A stretch of DNA of 64,000 bases from Narcine bancroftii. Lineage: Eukaryota. The DNA lies in NCBI RefSeq assembly GCF_036971445.1, contig NC_091473.1, positions 72,106,001 to 72,170,000 on the forward strand, written 5' to 3'. A program made the translations under genes and the position numbers. The notes under the pieces were generated by a model. That model saw nothing but the letters and a program-made list of their open reading frames with translations, did not search any database and was not told where the DNA came from. Positions 60,409 to 64,000 of the stretch are shown here, piece after piece. Every line of letters begins with the position of its first letter. The stretch's first letter is position 1.

Positions 60409-60594
60409 ATTAACATTGACTTTACAACACGAGAGAATATTACCAAAAGCATCCATGAGCCCACACAGTCCAGCTTTGATGTGGCGCAAAAATTAATCTA
60501 CAGCCTGATGGCAAAAGATTGCTACCCTAGGTTCCTGAAATCAGAAAGCTACCTGGAACTGATAAACAAGAAGGACAACAATCAACAGAACTGA
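60409..60594 (+). CDS. RGS21: RGS21-like gene, last coding exon (INIDFTTRENITKSIHEPTQSSFDVAQKLIYSLMAKDCYPRFLKSESYLELINKKDNNQQN*)
   Basis: Acceptor TTTTCTTTCTCATAG, phase 0, stop TGA at 60592-60594. INIDF, AQKLIY and LMAKD resemble RGS21. Not listed in the ORF track. Confidence 0.95.
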   Translation: MNIDFTTRENITKSIHEPTQSSFDVAQKLIYSLMAKDCYPRFLKSESYLELINKKDNNQQN

Positions 60595-60819
60595 AACCAC
60601 ACACTTCTCGATGTCATACTTGATGATTTATGGGGAAACAGTTCACCTCTATAGATTATCTCTAATCTTTCCCATTGCCTGATGAAAGAGTCCCAACCTG
60701 AATTGCTAATTCTGCCTCCACTGTCACAGATGATGACCAGCTGATCATTTTGATTTATTTCTTGATTTACCACACTGAAAATACTATCGGCATTGTAAGA
60801 CTGCTACCCACACATCCAT

Positions 60820-61885
60820 TCTACGGAAACAGGCTCTTTGACCCAACTATTCCAAGCCAAGCAAAATGTCTGTCGGAGTTAGTCCCATTTTTCTGCATCT
60901 CACTAAGACTTGTCTGTACTTGTTCCTATCCAAGTATTTTTAAAAAAAGTTGTAATTGTACCCACTCTACCACTTTCTCTGGCACCTCATTCCAAAAACC
61001 CATCAACCTCTATGTGAATTAGTTGCCCCTCAGGCCTCTTTTAAATTTTCCACTCTTACCTTAAGCCCATGCCCTCTATTTCTGGGCTATTTTGCATGGA
61101 TCTGAAAACTCAACCGGGCATTTGAAATGGTCCAGGGTGAGCAAGAAATTCGAGGGACATTTATGTTCTTCAAACTGGATGAATGAGTGAGAAAATATTG
61201 AGTGATTAGGCAAAAATCTGGCAAATGGAGTGTAATGTGATGGAAGTATGAGGCTGTGCAATTCATTCAAGGAACTTGTAAGGCAAATTATTATCTAAAT
61301 GGAGAGACTGGAAGCAGATGAAATTTAGAGGGATCTCAGTCTAGGGCATAATCACAAAAAGTTAGCAGGCAGGCTTAACAACTAATTGTAAAGGCAAATA
61401 CATTTTGGGTTTGTTGCAATAGAGTTGACATTTAAACATAGGGAGGTTTTGTTGCAATTATGCAGTATGTAGATGAAACCTAGAATACCCTCACCAAAAA
61501 AATACAGTAAATTGGGGCCAATATGAAAGAGATTCACAGGCTAGTTCCTGGTGAGACTTAAAGGTTTCCCTTAGAGTTTAGAAGAATGAGGGGTGGCCTT
61601 ATTCAAACATATAGAATCCTAAGGGTTTTGACACTGAAGATATCAGGATGTTTTCACTCATGGGAAAGTCATGAATGAGGAGTCACAAGTACAATATAAG
61701 AAGCTAGTCTTTTAAAACAGATAAGTAGAAATTTCTTCTGTGCCTAGGAGATGTATCTCCAGAAATCTCTGTCCCAAGGGTTGGTTAAAGCTGGCTCATT
61801 AGAAGAGCTGAGGCAGCATTATTCAGCCATGACTAGTTGAAAGGCCCATGACTTACTTCAGCTCCTGTTTTCCTACATTCTTATA
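60820..61885. mobile_element. Two old CR1-type fragments in opposite orientation (about 60820-61080 minus, 61100-61885 plus)
   Basis: CR1 tail motif GGAAACAGGC... on the left. LEFRRMRGGLIQTYRILRG on the right. Confidence 0.6.
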
Positions 61886-62743
61886 AAATAATCAATAGCA
61901 AAAGTGGAAAAGGCAAGTTGCAATAAATTTAAGATGTTCAATTCCTGAAGAGTATATTTTGGGAGTAGAAACTGATATAGTGGAGACACAGAATTTCAAT
62001 GTTGTCATCCATTGAATTATGACTAATATTCAAATACATTTGTTAATTATTGAAAACAAGACAAGATGTCAGAAAAAAAGTGCAGCAGATGCGTTTGCAA
62101 TTATTTTCAGAAGTTTTTATTGTGAGAATGTAATGTCCAAGATGGATCTGAATGCTGAATGATAAATGGGAAACGTTTGAGTTTACTCATGTTATGGGGG
62201 GAATCCTGAAGTAGATCTCCTCATTTGGAATCAAATATTTGAGCTCTGCATTTAAAAATAATCTTAAACTTTAGCCAGAAGCAATAAAGAAAATATTCTG
62301 CACAGAAGAGTATAATTGTGTTTGTTAGAACAATAAGGTTTGACTATATCCAGGCACAGTTCTTGGCTCACTCATTCATTATGTTCATTTATATTCATAA
62401 GATAATCACTCTAATTTCAAAATATGAATTCAGGCTTGCAGAGCAATATTCTCACAATGCATTGTCAAACAGAGTTTGGCACAATTCAAAAGAACAATAT
62501 TAATTCTTAGGATTGTAAACTGAGCCATCCATCTTAACAGACAACACCTTCTCTATTCTTAGGTGTTTGCTTTCTGCATTTGTTTATTCAAATGGAAGTT
62601 GTTCAACAAAGTAACAGGGAAAATTTGTACACCAGGATAAAGGTGTTCACTCCAGACTTGATGATAATGTAACCTAAGAGATGTGGGAGAGTTTAAAAGG
62701 AAAGACGAATAAAAGACCATTGTATTCATATGAGTTTACTTCC

Positions 62744-63051
62744 TTTTTTTCTTTGGCTTGGCTTCGCGGACGAAGATTTATGGAGGGGGTAAGAAGTCCA
62801 CGTCAGCTGCAGACTCGTTTGTGGCTGACAAGTCCGATGCGGGACAGGCAGACACGATTGCAGCGGTTGCAGGGGAAAATTGGTTGGTTGGGGATGGGTG
62901 TTGGGTTTTTCCTCCTTTGCCTTTTGTCAGTGAGGTAGGCTCTGCGGTCTTCTTCAAAGGAGGTTGCTGCCCGCCAAACTGTGAGGTGCCAAGATGCACG
63001 GTTTGAGGCGATATCAGCCCACTGGCGGTGGTCAATGTGGCAGGCACCACA
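62744..63051 (-). mobile_element. RTE 3' fragment with 9-bp TSD
   Basis: Near-identical to 1361-1660. TTTACTTCC at 62735-62743 and 63052-63060. C-terminal CNRCNRVCLSRIGLVSH zinc-finger-like motif. Confidence 0.93.
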
Positions 63052-64000
63052 TTTACTTCCATTGGATTTGTAAATCACAAACCAGGGTCATCAGCTATTG
63101 ATTTACTATTATTAACATCTATCATCAAAACTTGTGAAAGATACTTTAAATGTTGTTTGGTTTTAACAGCAGAATAAAATTACATTTCAAACTCACATTG
63201 TCATGAGACATATTAGCATTGATTTAAACAACGATTGATTTCTTTTTCTCACAGTCTGCCAGTGGGGGAATCACATTTAATGGCTTAACATTTCCACAAA
63301 GCATCTCATAGATCATGTTGACTAATCACCCACCCAAGAGACCTGGAGAGACTGAGAACTTCCTCAGAACTGGAAACTGTAATCTGCCTGATAAGGCAGA
63401 CAATGCAGGCCATCTCTAATCAAGATACCACAGACATACCTTCACAGAGTTAAACCACAACCCATCCAGATCCAGCTGGTAAAGCAATCAAAGAGCATAA
63501 ATATTCGTGAATGATCCCAATTCTCACAAGAAGTTTTTAAATAATTAATTAAATAGAATTTTAACAATCTTCCATCATTTAAAATCTAAAAATGAAAATA
63601 ATTGAAGGTGTAACATCTATTCCATTAAGTTTGAAAGAATATGAATTTTGTGTAACTGTCCTTCTCTGTCTGCATCATTCTCTGCCATTGAATGAAGTCA
63701 GGCAGACCTCCCAACTTAAATCTATGTCTATTTAGGAGCCCCAGAGTCCACACAGAGCTGTTGATTTTTCATTGGAAATTCTGAGTTTTTTTTTATTCTG
63801 TGGAATGAAGATTGAGAGAACCTGGAGACAAAGTTTCAGAATAAGGGATCTCCCACTTAAAATGAAGATGAGAAAGAATTTCTTCAATAAAGAGGCTATA
63901 CCGAACACAGCAAAATCACTGAAGACTGTGACAGGCAGTTTGGTCACTAGAAAAAAATCATAACTGATGGAAAATAGGCAACAAAATGTAAGTATGGAGG

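Noticed and set aside
1-64000. Neighbouring RGS paralogue exons (RGS18, RGS1), or any prokaryotic or viral gene system
   Set aside because: I saw no second RGS-box signature, operon structure or env-like ORF by eye. Small exons could have been missed.

Overview
This is eukaryotic, repeat-dense vertebrate DNA, not prokaryotic. The repeat repertoire (V-SINE/HE1-like and DeuSINE-like SINEs, CR1, L1, Tx1, Rex1/Babar, RTE, Penelope, Ty3/Gypsy, hAT) suggests a cartilaginous fish; that assignment is inference. The one host gene I can support is a spliced R4-family RGS gene on the + strand, most like RGS21. Its coding exons are 48175-48185, 48395-48456, 56936-57102 and 60409-60594 (141 aa), with a possible non-coding first exon and promoter near 29750-29915. 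Most of the rest is nested, decayed transposable elements, plus a few young insertions with clear target-site duplications (TSDs): an L1 with an uninterrupted 939-aa ORF2 fragment, a non-autonomous hAT, RTE 3' ends and a solo LTR. The most unusual signal is a Gypsy element whose primer-binding position is not tRNA-like but is a perfect 13-nt complement of its own LTR (candidate self-priming), and whose RT motif reads YLDN. Also notable are fold-back Penelope-derived cassettes carrying minimal hammerhead-ribozyme motifs. Family names come from motif recognition by eye, and boundaries of old repeats are approximate.
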